Shown piece after piece: positions 19,212-31,009 of a stretch of DNA of 64,000 bases (position 1 is the first letter of the stretch; every line of letters starts with the position of its first letter). This DNA is from Macrostomum lignano (lineage: Eukaryota): assembly GCA_002269645.1 (NCBI GenBank), contig NIVC01000542.1, forward strand, positions 298,609 to 362,608, in the 5' to 3' direction. The notes under the pieces are model-generated. The model did not search any database. It was given only the letters and a program-made list of their open reading frames with translations, and was not told the DNA's origin. The position numbers and the translations under genes were made by a program.

Positions 19212-19942
19212 ATATGACATTCGATCGTCGTCTAAACTTCCACAACCACATGTATCTCTACATGTACATCTGACTGCTGCATACATATAGAATAGAGCTG
19301 CCAACAATAAGCTGTATACGGATCACTCGGAATAATGCTTTGCACCAGTGCGTGGGCGGCACTAATTCAAATTAGGTGGCCTCCGGCAGCAACTTCAAAG
19401 TGGAATTTGTTGAAGCGAGGGAAGCCTCGCATGCAGCATGCGGCTCCTGTGATGTCAAAACCATCAGATGTCAGCTTCTTAAACTGTTATTTGGGGGCTG
19501 CGGAGGGTGCATTCTCTTGATTTTCCGTAAACATGGTGGCACAGCAGCCGCTTCATTTAGCCATTCAGGCGCATCCGAGTAAACAATCTGGACTGTCAAG
19601 CATGAAGTGTCTGCACGGAGCGGCTGTTCCTGCAGGACTGACTTCAGTCAATAAGAGCCGGTTCTTTGTGTCAATTTGTCTATTATAGTATTGGCCAAAC
19701 ACTCCGAAAACGACTGCAGCAGTAGCCAACTGGCTTCTTACGGAGTTGTTGCTAAACTTTACAAGGGTTCAGTGGATTGCTATAAAAAGACAGGCGGCTG
19801 TGCTTTGAAGTTTTGCAGAGCAAGCATGAAGAGCTAAAAAAATAACTGCATGGCCGGAGGCCCAAAAGATGGAAGAAAACTTTCGCCCTATTCGCCTGAT
19901 TCGAGTCAATTTGTCGGGACTTTATAATGTTCAACCGTGTTT

Positions 19943-20405
19943 GGGAATTTGGCAGGGAATCCATCGGGAATTTTCCAGGGAATCCATAGGAAATTTGGTA
20001 GGGAATCCATAGGGAATTTGGTCCGGGAATCTATAGGGAATTTGGCAGGGAATACATAGGCAATTTGGCAGGGAATACATAGGGAATTCGGCAGGGAATC
20101 CATAGAGAATTCGGCAGGGAATCCATAGGGAATTTGGCAGGAAATCCATAGGCAATTTGGCAGGGAATCCATAGGGAATTCGGCAGGGAATCCATAGGGA
20201 ATTCGGCAGGGAATCCATAGGGAATTTGGCAGGGAATCCATAGGGAATTCGGCAGGGAATCCATAGAGAATTCGGCAGGGAATCCATAGGGAATTCGGCA
20301 GGGAATCCATAGGGAATTCGGCAGGGAATCCATAGGCAATTTGGCAGGGAATCCTTAAGGAATTTGGCAGGGAATCCATCGGGAATTTGGCAGAGAATCC
20401 ATAGG
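19943..20405. repeat. 23-nt minisatellite, about 20 copies
   Basis: Unit ggcagggaatccatagggaatt(t/c). Confidence 0.95.
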
Positions 20406-21258
20406 TAAGGAATGTATGAAAGGTATGAAAGGTATGTCCCAGCATAGTACGAGCTCACATCAAAATATGCTTTTTCGGAGTTTCAGTTTTTTGTGTAGCT
20501 AAACTAAATTGACATGCCCCTCGCTGCCAGAAAACAAAAACTGAGACGAAAACGAGTTTTTCAATGGCAGTCACGAGCCATGAGTAGGAAAGAACGGGGG
20601 CAAGGGATGCTAAAAGTGAAGATCGAGCAAAACACAAATAACTGGCTCAGATTAGCATTTCACTCTTTCCTCCAATGGCCGCTGCCCTCAAAATAAAGAC
20701 CATAGACGATTAACTAAACTTTGGATATACAGTATGAATATCTTGTGCGTGAGCACTAACATCCGACAGTGGAAAAAAATTTCGCAGCTGAACTTGGAAA
20801 GCGAAAGAGGAGAGCAGGGTCAGAAAGGAAGTAAAGATAGGGAGAGTGGGCAGTGGGATGAAGAAAGAAGGAATAGCAGAAGAGGAAGGAGAAAATGAGA
20901 AAAAGACGGAGAAAAACAACCGTTATATACTAAAGAAGCGTAAAAAGGAACTACAGGAACAGCATGGGACCATCTCAAAGGTTATTTATATACCGATTAG
21001 TTTCAAAAGTTTTGAGGGGAAAATGAATGAGCAAGAGGAAATTCACGTGGCCTTGTGGCAGCCATCCGATGCTTATGCAATGCAGGGGTCAGTCAGGGAC
21101 AGGGAAGCCTGTAGGGAGCTGGGCTCGCCGCCGATCCAACGCAGCCAATGAGCCGCGCTCGAGAGCCCCTGCGCTGCCCAATCCTCACCTGCTGACTTCC
21201 GAAACTTTGCCAGCCCAAAAATGCGTTCCTGCAGCCAGCAACAAAGTGAACCATTTTC

Positions 21259-21607
21259 ATGACCAACGCAAGCAGCCGCGGAATGCATTCTGTGGACAGC
21301 CATTGCCGTCACCCAGCTCAGCCTCTGGTTTTCCAGTTTCCCCAGCATTATTACCAGCATCAGCATCTGCAGCACCTGCAGCCTCATCCGCAGCTCTGGC
21401 CCAGCTGCTCTTGCTGCTCCAGCAGCCCCGTCTGCAAGCGGCCGCCGGTCCAGGCCGCCTTCCGAGCTGCGCCACCCGGCCAGAAGGCCGCCTCTGGCGA
21501 CGAGGCTGTCCGGGATGCGCCACCTCCGGGAACGCCAGCTGCGGAATTTGCCGCCACCACGCCGGCCTTCAAGTGGCTGAGCGTCCGCCGACCAGCAGCT
21601 TCTCATG
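21259..21607 (+). CDS. Hox1: labial/Hox1-class homeobox gene, exon 1
   Basis: Q/H-rich ORF ending in hexapeptide AFKWLSVRR (Hox1 type TFDWMKVKR); donor CATG|gtgagg, phase 1. Start ATG is the first in this frame and is not proven. Confidence 0.82.
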
Positions 21608-21617
21608 GTGAGGAAAA

Positions 21618-21862
21618 GAAAAACAAACAAATAGAAAAACAAACAAATAGAAAAACAAACAAATAGAAAAACAAACAAATAGAAAAACAAACAAATAGAA
21701 AAACAAACAAATAGAAAAACAAACAAATAGAAAAACAAACAAATAGAAAAACAAACAAATAGAAAAACAAACAAATAGCAAACAAATAGAAAAACAAACA
21801 AATAGAAAAACAAACAAATAGAAAAACAAACAAATAGAAAAACAAACAAATAGAAAAACAAA
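21618..21862. repeat. 16-nt tandem repeat, about 15 copies, in the Hox1 intron
   Basis: Unit gaaaaacaaacaaata; starts 10 nt after the donor. Confidence 0.95.
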
Positions 21863-22576
21863 TTAAGATTGAGAAACTTGTGGATCAACTGTGTGAAAAG
21901 CCATTCGCTCCTGCTTGATTCGAATTTAAAGCAAGTTTTCCCATGTGCTGGCTGTGCACCTTTGCACCTGCCTGTACATAACGGACCAGTTAATGAGTTC
22001 AGTCGGTTTGATCCGGGGCTTTGCTTGGGGCTTCCTTGACCGGATTTCATTGAGGAATGTACGACACTCTTTTATCGTGCCGTAGCTAAACAGAAAAATT
22101 CAAAGAGTCATCCACTCAAGAAGTACACAAAGAGGAAAATTCACTCAAGCGATATAAGAAAACGGAGATCGAGAACCTTTGGATGCCAGACCAGAGACAG
22201 AGACTTAAGGGAGTCTTTGTTCAACGTCTATGCTTCTCGGGCTTTACTTGTCACCCACCTGTCCGCCTCCCACCTCTTGCTCCCGCTTCTCTGGCTCCAT
22301 CAGTCGCTCAGCCGCCCACACATCTGTGGAGCGTCTCATTAGGTCCCGAGCCATGCACAGCTTCCCCCGAGCCTCAAGCGGGCAGGCGGTAGTGCGCCTG
22401 TTCAGGAAGACTCGGGACGTCCCCCCCATCTGCCAGTTGCCTGACTTTCGTGCCGGCCTCTCCAAAATGAGCTCTCGACTTTGGGGAGTTCACTGAGCAC
22501 TTTACTCTGTTATGATTTTTAGGCGCCTAAGCTTTAAGTATTCTCGATCGGATGCAGAGAATTCACCTGGTCATGT

Positions 22577-23479
22577 GGTCATGCGATGCACAGTGAGCTG
22601 TGTTGGTCATGCGATGCACAGTGAGCTGTGTTGGTCATGCGATGCACAGTGAGCTGTGTTGGTCATGCGATGCACAGTGAGCTGTGTTGGTCATGCGATG
22701 CACAGTGAGCTGTGTTGATCATGCGATGCACAGTGAGCTGTGTTGGTCATGCGATGCACAGTGAGCTGTGTTGGTCATGCGATGCACAATGAGTTGTGTT
22801 GGTCATGCGATGCACAGTGAGCTGTGTTGGTCATGCGATGCACAGTGAGCTGTGTTGGTCATGCGATGCACAGTGAGCTGTGTTGGTCATGCGATGCACA
22901 GTGAGCTTTGTTGGTCATGCGATGCACAGTGAGTTGTGTTGGTCATGCGATGCACAGTGAGTTGTGTTGGTCATGCGATGCACAGTGAGTTGTGTTGGTC
23001 ATGCGATGCACAGTGAGCTGTGTTGGTCATGCGATGCACAGTGAGCTGTGTTGGTCATGCGATGCACAGTGAGCTGTGTTGGTCATGCGATGCACAGTGA
23101 GTTGTGTTGGTCATGCGATGCACAGTGAGTTGTGTTGGTCATGCGATGCACAGTGAGCTGTGTTGGTCATGCGATGCACAGTGAGCTGTGTTGGTCATGC
23201 GATGCACAGTGAGCTGTGTTGGTCATGCGATGCACAGTGAGCTGTGTTGGTCATGCGATGCACAGTGAGCTGTGTTGGTCATGCGATGCACAGTGAGCTG
23301 TGTTGGTCATGCGATGCACAGTGAGCTGTGTTGGTCATGCGATGCACAGTGAGCTGTGTTGGTCATGCGATGCACAGTGAGCTGTGTTGGTCATGCGATG
23401 CACAGTGAGCTGTGTTGGTCATGCGATGCACAGTGAGTTGTGTTGGTCATGCGATGCACAGTGAGCTGTCTTGGTCATG
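22577..23479. repeat. 28-nt minisatellite, about 32 copies, in the Hox1 intron
   Basis: Unit ggtcatgcgatgcacagtgagctgtgtt; ends about 31 nt before the acceptor. Confidence 0.97.
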
Positions 23480-23510
23480 AATTGCCAGATTTTTTAAAAA
23501 CAATTTTTAG

Positions 23511-23779
23511 AAGTTGAGAAACGGCATGAAGAAAAAGCATTGGGACTGCATCATCATCATCATCAGCAGCAGCAGCAGCAGTCCAGGACGAGTTTCAGCA
23601 ACAGACAGCTGACTGAGCTGGAGAAGGAGTTCCACTTCAGCCGGTACCTCACCAGGGCGCGCCGCCTGGAGATCGCAGCCGGGCTGGGCCTCTCCGAGGC
23701 GCAGGTGAAGATCTGGTTCCAGAACCGGCGAATGAAGGACAAGCGGCGTCAGCGGGAGCTGCTGCTGACGCATCGATGA
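23511..23779 (+). CDS. Hox1: labial/Hox1-class homeobox gene, exon 2 (homeodomain)
   Basis: tttttag| phase 1 matches exon 1; [55 protein letters not shown]; TELEKEFHF and RARR are paralog-group-1 diagnostic. Spliced product 205 aa. Confidence 0.93.
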
Positions 23780-24020
23780 CGCCTCGTTTAACACCCCGCT
23801 TGACACCCCGCTAAAGCCAGGCGCCCTTAACTTGCAACCCTTTTTCTGTTTCCTACACTCTGATCGGCACTCTTCTTTTAATATAAATTCTTTCAATTGT
23901 GACGACAAAAATATACTAAAGCATTGTTTTTCAGCTTCATTCACCCAGATAACCAATGCAGTGCTAGCCGTCTTCTTGTTGCTGACGTTGTACCCACACA
24001 GGCGTCTGAGTACATGGGTA

Positions 24021-25870
24021 CCCTCTTTTAGTTTTCCTCATCTCTGTCTTTTAGTTTCCCTCTTTCCCTGTCTTTTAGTTTCCCTCTTTCCCTGTCTTTT
24101 AGTTTCCCTCTTTCCCTGTCTTTTAGTTTCCCTCTTTCCCTGTCTTTTAGTTTCCCTCTTTCCCTGTCTTTTAGTTTCCCTCTTTCCCTACCTTTTAGTT
24201 TCCCTCTTTCCCTGTCTTTAAGTTTCCCTCTTTCCCTACCTTTTAGTTTCCTTCTTTCCCTGTCTTTTAGTTTCCCTCTTTCCCTGTCTTTTAGTTTCCC
24301 TCTTTCCCTACCTTTTAGTTTCCCTCTTTCCCTGTCTTTTAGTTTCCCTCTTTCCCTACCTTTTAGTTTCCCTCTTTCCCTGTCTTTTAGTTTCCCTCTT
24401 TCCCTGTCTTTTAGTTTCCCTCTTTCCCTGTCTTTTAGTTTCCCTCTTCCCCTGTCTTTTAGTTTCCCTCTTCCCCTGCCTTTTAGTTTCCCTCTTCCCT
24501 GTCTTTTAGTTTCCCTCTTTCCCTGTCTTTTAGTTTCCCTCTTTCCCTACCTTTTAGTTTCCCTCTTTCCCTGTCTTTTAGTTTCCCTCTTTCCCTGTCT
24601 TTTAGTTTCCCTCTTTCCCTGTCTTTTAGTTTCCCTCTTTCCCTGTCTTTTAGTTTCCCTCTTTCCCTGTCTTTTAGTTTCCCTCTTTCCCTACCTTTTA
24701 GTTTCCCTCTTTCCCTGTCTTTTAGTTTCCCTCTTTCCCTGTCTTTTAGTTTCCCTCTTTCCCTGTCTTTTAGTTTCCCTCTTTCCCTGTCTTTTAGTTT
24801 CCCTCTTTCCCTGTCTTTTAGTTTCCCTCTTTCCCTGTCTTTTAGTTTCCCTCTTCCCCTGTCTTTTAGTTTCCCTCTTCCCTGTCTTTTAGTTTCCCTC
24901 TTTCCCTGTCTTTTAGTTTCCCTCTTTCCCTACCTTTTAGTTTCCCTCTTTCCCTGTCTTTTAGTTTCCCTCTTTCCCTGTCTTTTAGTTTCCCTCTTCC
25001 CCTGTCTTTTAGTTTCCCTCTTCCCCTGCCTTTTAGTTTCCCTCTTCCCTGTCTTTTAGTTTCCCTCTTTCCCTGTCTTTTAGTTTCCCTCTTTCCCTGC
25101 CTTTTAGTTTCCCTCTTTCCCTGTCTTTTAGTTTCCCTCTTTCCCTACCTTTTAGTTTCCCTCTTTCCCTGTCTTTTAGTTTCCCTCTTTCCCTGTCTTT
25201 TAGTTTCCCTCTTTCCCTGTCTTTTAGTTTTCCTCATCTCTGTCTTTTAGTTTCCCTCTTTCCCTGTCTTTTAGTTTCCCTCTTTCCCTACCTTTTAGTT
25301 TCCCTCTTCCCCTGTCTTTTAGTTTTCCTCATCTCTGTCTTTTAGTTTCCCTCTTTCCCTGTCTTTTAGTTTCCCTCTTTCCCTACCTTTTAGTTTTCCT
25401 CTTCCCCTGTCTTTTAGTTTTCCTCTTTCCCTACCTTTTAGTTTCCCTCTTTCCCTGCCTTTTAGTTTCCCTCTTTCCCTGCCTTTTAGTTTCCCTCTTT
25501 CCCTGTCTTTTAGTTTCCCTCTTTCCCTACCTTTTAGTTTCCCTCTTCCCCTGTCTTTTAGTTTTCCTCATCTCTGTCTTTTAGTTTCCCTCTTTCCCTG
25601 TCTTTTAGTTTCCCTCTTTCCCTGTCTTTTAGTTTCCCTCTTTCCCTACCTTTTAGTTTCCCTCTTCCCCTGTCTTTTAGTTTTCCTCATCTCTGTCTTT
25701 TAGTTTCCCTCTTTCCCTGTCTTTTAGTTTCCCTCTTTCCCTACCTTTTAGTTTTCCTCTTCCCCTGTCTTTTAGTTTTCCTCTTTCCCTACCTTTTAGT
25801 TTCCCTCTTTCCCTGCCTTTTAGTTTCCCTCTTTCCCTGCCTTTTAGTTTCCCTCTTTCCCTGTCTTTTA
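24021..25870. repeat. 24-nt pyrimidine-rich satellite, left segment
   Basis: Unit ctgtcttttagtttccctctttcc with recurrent variants (ctacc, ttttcctcatctctg). Confidence 0.97.
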
Positions 25871-25899
25871 AATAAAGCTTAAGATCAACATTTATGGCG

Positions 25900-25945
25900 A
25901 AAACTAACGCGTTTCAACCCACTAGGGCCGTCGTCAGGGTATATT
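25900..25945 (-). ncRNA. Minimal type-I hammerhead ribozyme-like motif at the PLE 3' end
   Basis: Minus strand CTGACGA-C-GGCCC-TAGT-GGGTT-GAAAC-GCGTT: both core boxes, stem II and palindromic AACGCGTT stem III; stem I pairing is weak. Confidence 0.6.
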
Positions 25946-26157
25946 TTATCACTGAACGAAACACTCAATATAAATAAGCAAACGATTGTACTATCTCAAG
26001 TGTCAAATTGAAAACGGGAGGGTAACCAATGTACGAAAAACATAAAAAACTAGGGGTTGGAGTTAAGCAAGAATAATGAGAGAGAGAGAGAGAGAGAGAG
26101 AAGGCAAACAGATGTAAAAAAAAAACAAAATGTACGCGCAACAAAAAATAGTCAAAC

Positions 26158-27924
26158 TCAAAACACCCTAAGAAGGTGGCCCGCACCACTATGTAGCAAT
26201 TGCACATTGAGACTGGGATTTTGAGCTTTGATGTGCAGCGCTTCAAGAATGCTAAGCTTGAATTCAGAGTTAGCACGGTCGATAATTTTAAACAATCCAA
26301 TCTGTTCTCTGTCACAGCAGCCCTTGCATTCCAGAAGGTGGTCCTGGATAGCAGATTTTTTCAGCCAATGCTCCCTAACTCTGGTGTGCAGGTGTCTTTT
26401 GGTTTTTCCCACGTAAGAGATATTCTGATCTTCAGAACAACGAAATTTATAGACTACACCTGCACCTAGAGCACGAGGAACACGGGACTTGAGATTGCTG
26501 ACAAATTGACCCACCTTGGCAGTGCGAAAGACAATCCTAATCGGAGTGTTGTACCATTTCCGAAAAGATCTCTCAAGCTTCTTTTTCAACAAGATAGACG
26601 GGATACCATAGAACGGCAAGATCATCACGGGGTCATCCGGCTTTTTACTATGATTCTGTTGCAGTCTGCCAGTAACCTTATCAGTGACAAACTTGAAAAT
26701 CAACCGACTAATGAGATTTTTTGGGTATCCGTTCATACTGAAAATCCTAGTCAAATTTTTCACCTCCTCATCAAACGCAGCCCAGGAACTACACAGAGAG
26801 TAAGCTCTGTGCAGGATACAATGGATCAGGCCAATATTCCACTGTTTCGGACAGAGGGCATTGAAATTCAACAGTAAACCAGTAAACGTGGGCTTGCGAT
26901 AAACCCGAGTAGAGACTTGGCCACTGCTCAGATCAACCTCAACATCGAGAAACGGAAGTTTTTTACCTCCCATCTCAACGGTGAATTGGATGTTGCTGTG
27001 GGTTGAATTCAGAGCCCGAAAAAACTCTTGGTACTTAGCCCGGTCATCAAAAATGACAAAAGTGTCATCGACATAGCACTTGTAGAAAGTTGGCGCACAC
27101 TCAAGCGACATCCACTCCGTTTCCCAGTGCGCCATGCAAACATTGGCCAGAGTAGGAGCAAGCGGGCTTCCCATGGCACAACCATCAATCTGGCGATAAT
27201 ATTTGTCATCAAACATGAAGATGCCAGAGGTAGCGAAGCCTAACAACTTTTTGAACACAGTCTTTGGTAACCCAGGCGGATTCATATTGTACACATGATC
27301 AGTGGCGAGATCAATAGCCAGCTTCAAAGGGACATTGGTAAAAAGCGAAGTCACGTCAAAACTGCAGAGAAAATCCTCACTTTTCGGACTGATTTGACTC
27401 AAGGCTTGAATGAACTGGCAATTAGAGTTGACGGAGAATTCCTTTGGTATGCATGGTTTGATCAGAGAATCCAAGTATCTGGCCAGTTCATACTCAGCAG
27501 TGTTAATCGTAGACACAATCGGTCTCAGCGGTTTGTCAGGTTTGTGAACTTTGCAAAGGCCGTACAGCTGGCCAGGTTGGCTGCCATTCGGCATAATGCG
27601 CTTAAGAATCTCATTGCTAAGATGCTGCTTGGCATGGGTCCTCAAAAAAGTCTGAAGAGATCTCTCAGCTTTGAGAACAGGATGAGCCATAGTGACCTCA
27701 CTCACAGTTCCAAGACATTGAAATTTAGCCTGATCCTGCACAATGCAATTAAGCTTATTCTTGTAGTCATCACTATCCATGATAGCAACGCCGTAGCCTT
27801 TGTCATAGCCAACAACCTTGATATTGTCATTCCCTTTAAGCTGCTTCAGCGTCTGATGAAAAAGCCTGTTCTGCTTACTAGAAATGCTGTTCTGAGCCCT
27901 AGACAAACTGGTCAAAATCAACAA
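26158..27924 (-). CDS. Penelope-like reverse transcriptase with GIY-YIG endonuclease (N-terminus truncated or frameshifted)
   Basis: DKG, GQLYGLCKVHK, PLRPIVS, FDVTSLFTNVP, GCAMGSPLAP, YVDD, LPFLDV, VYRKPT, YVGKTKRHLHTRVREH, EALHI. Confidence 0.93.
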   Translation of the reverse strand: MLILTSLSRAQNSISSKQNRLFHQTLKQLKGNDNIKVVGYDKGYGVAIMDSDDYKNKLNCIVQDQAKFQCLGTVSEVTMAHPVLKAERSLQTFLRTHAKQHLSNEILKRIMPNGSQPGQLYGLCKVHKPDKPLRPIVSTINTAEYELARYLDSLIKPCIPKEFSVNSNCQFIQALSQISPKSEDFLCSFDVTSLFTNVPLKLAIDLATDHVYNMNPPGLPKTVFKKLLGFATSGIFMFDDKYYRQIDGCAMGSPLAPTLANVCMAHWETEWMSLECAPTFYKCYVDDTFVIFDDRAKYQEFFRALNSTHSNIQFTVEMGGKKLPFLDVEVDLSSGQVSTRVYRKPTFTGLLLNFNALCPKQWNIGLIHCILHRAYSLCSSWAAFDEEVKNLTRIFSMNGYPKNLISRLIFKFVTDKVTGRLQQNHSKKPDDPVMILPFYGIPSILLKKKLERSFRKWYNTPIRIVFRTAKVGQFVSNLKSRVPRALGAGVVYKFRCSEDQNISYVGKTKRHLHTRVREHWLKKSAIQDHLLECKGCCDREQIGLFKIIDRANSEFKLSILEALHIKAQNPSLNVQLLHSGAGHLLRVF

Positions 27925-28038
27925 TCAAACGATTCCTAAAATTGTCATGCAAGCGGTGCGGGCCCCCATCCTGAGTACAAGAACGAGGAGTGCACTTACT
28001 AACCAAGGTCTCAAACTCAGCAGCAATGTGAAGTTTAA

Positions 28039-30020
28039 CCCTGTCTTTTAGTTTCCCTCTTTCCCTACCTTTTAGTTTCCCTCTTCCCTGTCTTTTAGTT
28101 TCCCTCTTTCCCTGTCTTTTAGTTTCCCTCTTTCCCTACCTTTTAGTTTCCCTCTTTCCCTGTCTTTTAGTTTCCCTCTTTCCCTACCTTTTAGTTTCCC
28201 TCTTCCCCTGTCTTTTAGTTTCCCTCTTCCCCTGTCTTTTAGTTTCCCTCTTTCCCTGTCTTTTAGTTTCCCTCTTCCCCTGCCTTTTAGTTTCCCTCTT
28301 TCCCTACCTTTTAGTTTTCCTCTTCCCCTGTCTTTTAGTTTCCCTCTTTCCCTGTCTTTTAGTTTCCCTCTTCCCCTGCCTTTTAGTTTCCCTCTTTCCC
28401 TACCTTTTAGTTTCCCTCTTCCCCTGCCTTTTAGTTTCCCTCTTTCCCTACCTTTTAGTTTCCCTCTTCCCCTGTCTTTTAGTTTCCCTCTTTCCCTACC
28501 TTTTAGTTTCCCTCTTCCCCTGCCTTTTAGTTTCCCTCTTTCCCTGCCTTTTAGTTTCCCTCTTCGACTGTCTTTTAGTTTCCCTCTTTCCCTACCTTTT
28601 AGTTTCCCTCTTCCCCTGTCTTTTAGTTTTCCTCATCTCTGTCTTTTAGTTTCCCTCTTTCCCTGTCTTTTAGTTTCCCTCTTTCCCTGTCTTTTAGTTT
28701 CCCTCTTTCCCTGTCTTTTAGTTTCCCTCTTTCCCTACCTTTTAGTTTCCCTCTTCCCCTGTCTTTTAGTTTTCCTCATCTCTGTCTTTTAGTTTCCCTC
28801 TTTCCCTGCCTTTTAGTTTCCCTCTTTCCCTGCCTTTTAGTTTCCCTCTTCCCCTGCCTTTTAGTTTCCCTCTTCCCCTGCCTTTTAGTTTCCCTCTTCC
28901 CCTGCCTTTTAGTTTCGCTCTTCCCCTGTCTTTTAGTTTCCCTCTTTCCCTACCTTTTAGTTTCCCTCTTCCCCTGTCTTTTAGTTTCCCTCTTCCCCTG
29001 CCTTTTAGCTTCCCTCTTCCCTGTCTTTTAGTTTCCCTCTTCCCTGTCTTTTAGCTTCGCTCTTCCACTGTCTTTTTCTTCCCCTGCCTTTTAGTTTCGC
29101 TCTTCCCCTGCCTTTTAGTTTCCCTCTTTCCCTGTCTTTTAGCTTCGCTCTTCCACTGTCTTTTTCTTCCCCTGCCTTTTAGTTTCGCTCTTCCCCTGCC
29201 TTTTAGTTTCCCTCTTTCCCTGTCTTTTAGTTTCCCTCTTTCCCTGTCTTTTAGTTTCGCTCTTCCACTGTCTTTTTCTTCCCCTGCCTTTTAGTTTCGC
29301 TCTTCCCCTGCCTTTTAGTTTCCCTCTTTCCCTGTCTTTTAGTTTCCCTCTTTCCCTGTCTTTTAGTTTCCCTCTTTCCCTGTCTTTTAGTTTCGCTCTT
29401 CCACTGTCTTTTTCTTCCCCTGCCTTTTAGTTTCGCTCTTCCCCTGCCTTTTAGTTTCCCTCTTTCTCTGTCTTTTAGTTTCCCTCTTTCCCTGTCTTTT
29501 AGTTTCGCTCTTCCACTGTCTTTTTCTTCCCCTGCCTTTTAGTTTCGCTCTTCCCCTGCCTTTTAGTTTCCCTCTTTCCCTGTCTTTTAGTTTCCCTCTT
29601 TCCCTGTCTTTTAGTTTCCCTCTTCCCTGTCTTTTAGTTTCTTTCTTCCCCTGCCTTTTAGTTTCCCTCTTCCCTGTCTTTTAGTTTCGCTCTTCCCCTG
29701 CCTTTTAGTTTCCCTCTTTCCCTGTCTTTTAGTTTCCCTCTTTCCCAGCCTTTTAGTTTCCCTCTTTCCCAGCCTTTTAGTTTCCCTCTTTCCCTGTCTT
29801 TTAGTTTCCCTCTTTCCCTGTCTTTTAGTTTCCCTCTTTCCCAGCCTTTTAGTTTCCCTCTTTCCCTGTCTTTTAGTTTCCCTCTTTCCCTGTCTTTTAG
29901 TTTCCCTCTTCCCCTGTCTTTAAGTTTCGCTCTTCCACTGTCTATTAGTTTCCCTCTTCCCCTGTCTTTTAGCTTCCCTCTTTCCGAGTCTTTTAGTTTC
30001 CCTCTTCCCTGTCTTTCAGT
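28039..30020. repeat. 24-nt satellite, right segment, degenerating distally
   Basis: Same unit as the left segment; new variants (tttcgctcttccactgtctttttt) from about 29050. Confidence 0.96.
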
Positions 30021-30025
30021 TTATA

Positions 30026-30261
30026 CTAGCAATCTAGTGCCCCCCTCTGGGGCGGCCAATAAGCAAGGGACGAAAATTATTTATGTGAATCCTATTTAGT
30101 TGCCTTGACATCTTGGCAATTCCCCCAAGTCTCGACATCTCAACAAATCCCCCCAAGCCTTGACATCTCAGCAATTCCCCCCAAGCCTTGACATCTCAGC
30201 AATTCCCCCCAAGCCTTGACATCTCAGCAATTCCCCCAAGCCTTGACATCTCAGCAATTCC
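30026..30261 (-). mobile_element. Helitron-like 3' end carrying six 27-28-nt repeats
   Basis: Minus strand gccccagaggggggc hairpin (30039-30053), 9-nt spacer, CTAG|T at 30026; repeats ccccaagccttgacatctcagcaatt at 30102-30261; no 5' TC end found. Confidence 0.5.
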
Positions 30262-31009
30262 GCCAGTTTCCCTCTTTCCCAGTCTTTCAGTTTGCCACTT
30301 TCGCCTTTTAGTTTGCCGCCTCTCTTGCTCCTTAAAGATGCATTTATTTTATTAAGCTTGCAGCTGCTAAACAAAGTGGATGAAGAGTTTTCGAAGGCTC
30401 GTTGACTTGACTCTACGCAAGAGATTCTGTTAGTAGCTGAATCTCGGCACTTTGCTCCCGCTGACAGGTCGGCATTTTCAACGCCCAGCAAAGCCGGATC
30501 AGACGGCGGGCCCAGCTGTCTATCCCCCACCCCCCGCCATCCTTCTTGCCCGGTTCAGCGCCATTTAATGTGTATAAAAAGGTTGGAGGCCGGCACTGCG
30601 GCCAAGCCGCTGATGGATGAGCCGGCCAACCGGCCTTGACGGCTACCGGCCGCCCCGCAATGAAAACCCGCGGCCTCTGTGGCCGATTGGCGACAACAGG
30701 CGATTCGTCATGGCGGCCGCCCCGGCCTCATCGCGATGCCTATCGCGGTGCCAGTGGCGGCGCATTCAGCACGCGCGAGTGTTGCTGCCGAGAGGAATGC
30801 CAGGAGACCGTCCACCCGCCTTGGCGACTGATTGGGGCCATCTATCATCTCCCTAGCTGTTGCTTCTAAGCCGATTCTGCTATCTGAAAGCTTGATTTGC
30901 TCACCAATTTCTTTTTGCCGTTTCTTCAGTCTTTTGACTTTACCTTTCGTTTTTTAGTTCCTGCTTTGCTTAATTGTTTCATGATTTTGTTCCTTTGCTC
31001 GTCTTCGGA

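Larger units (their letters stand above)
25871..28038 (-). mobile_element. 5'-truncated Penelope-like retroelement inserted in the satellite
   Basis: RT plus GIY-YIG ORF; 3' tail with (CT)n and a hammerhead-like motif; satellite phase at the junctions repeats ccctgtctttta (25859-70, 28039-50). Confidence 0.93.

Noticed and set aside
19906-20458. Three minus-strand ORFs of 102-179 aa
   Set aside because: Products of a 23-nt repeat cycling through all frames.
21073-22050. 325-aa ORF with a hydrophobic FFYLFVFLFVC stretch
   Set aside because: Antisense read-through of Hox1 exon 1 and the 16-nt intronic repeat.
27009-27939. Overlapping ORFs inside the Penelope element
   Set aside because: Alternative-frame or antisense shadows of the RT ORF.
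30617-30869. Two short GC-rich ORFs behind a TATAAAA
   Set aside because: No domain, splice or codon evidence; left unannotated.
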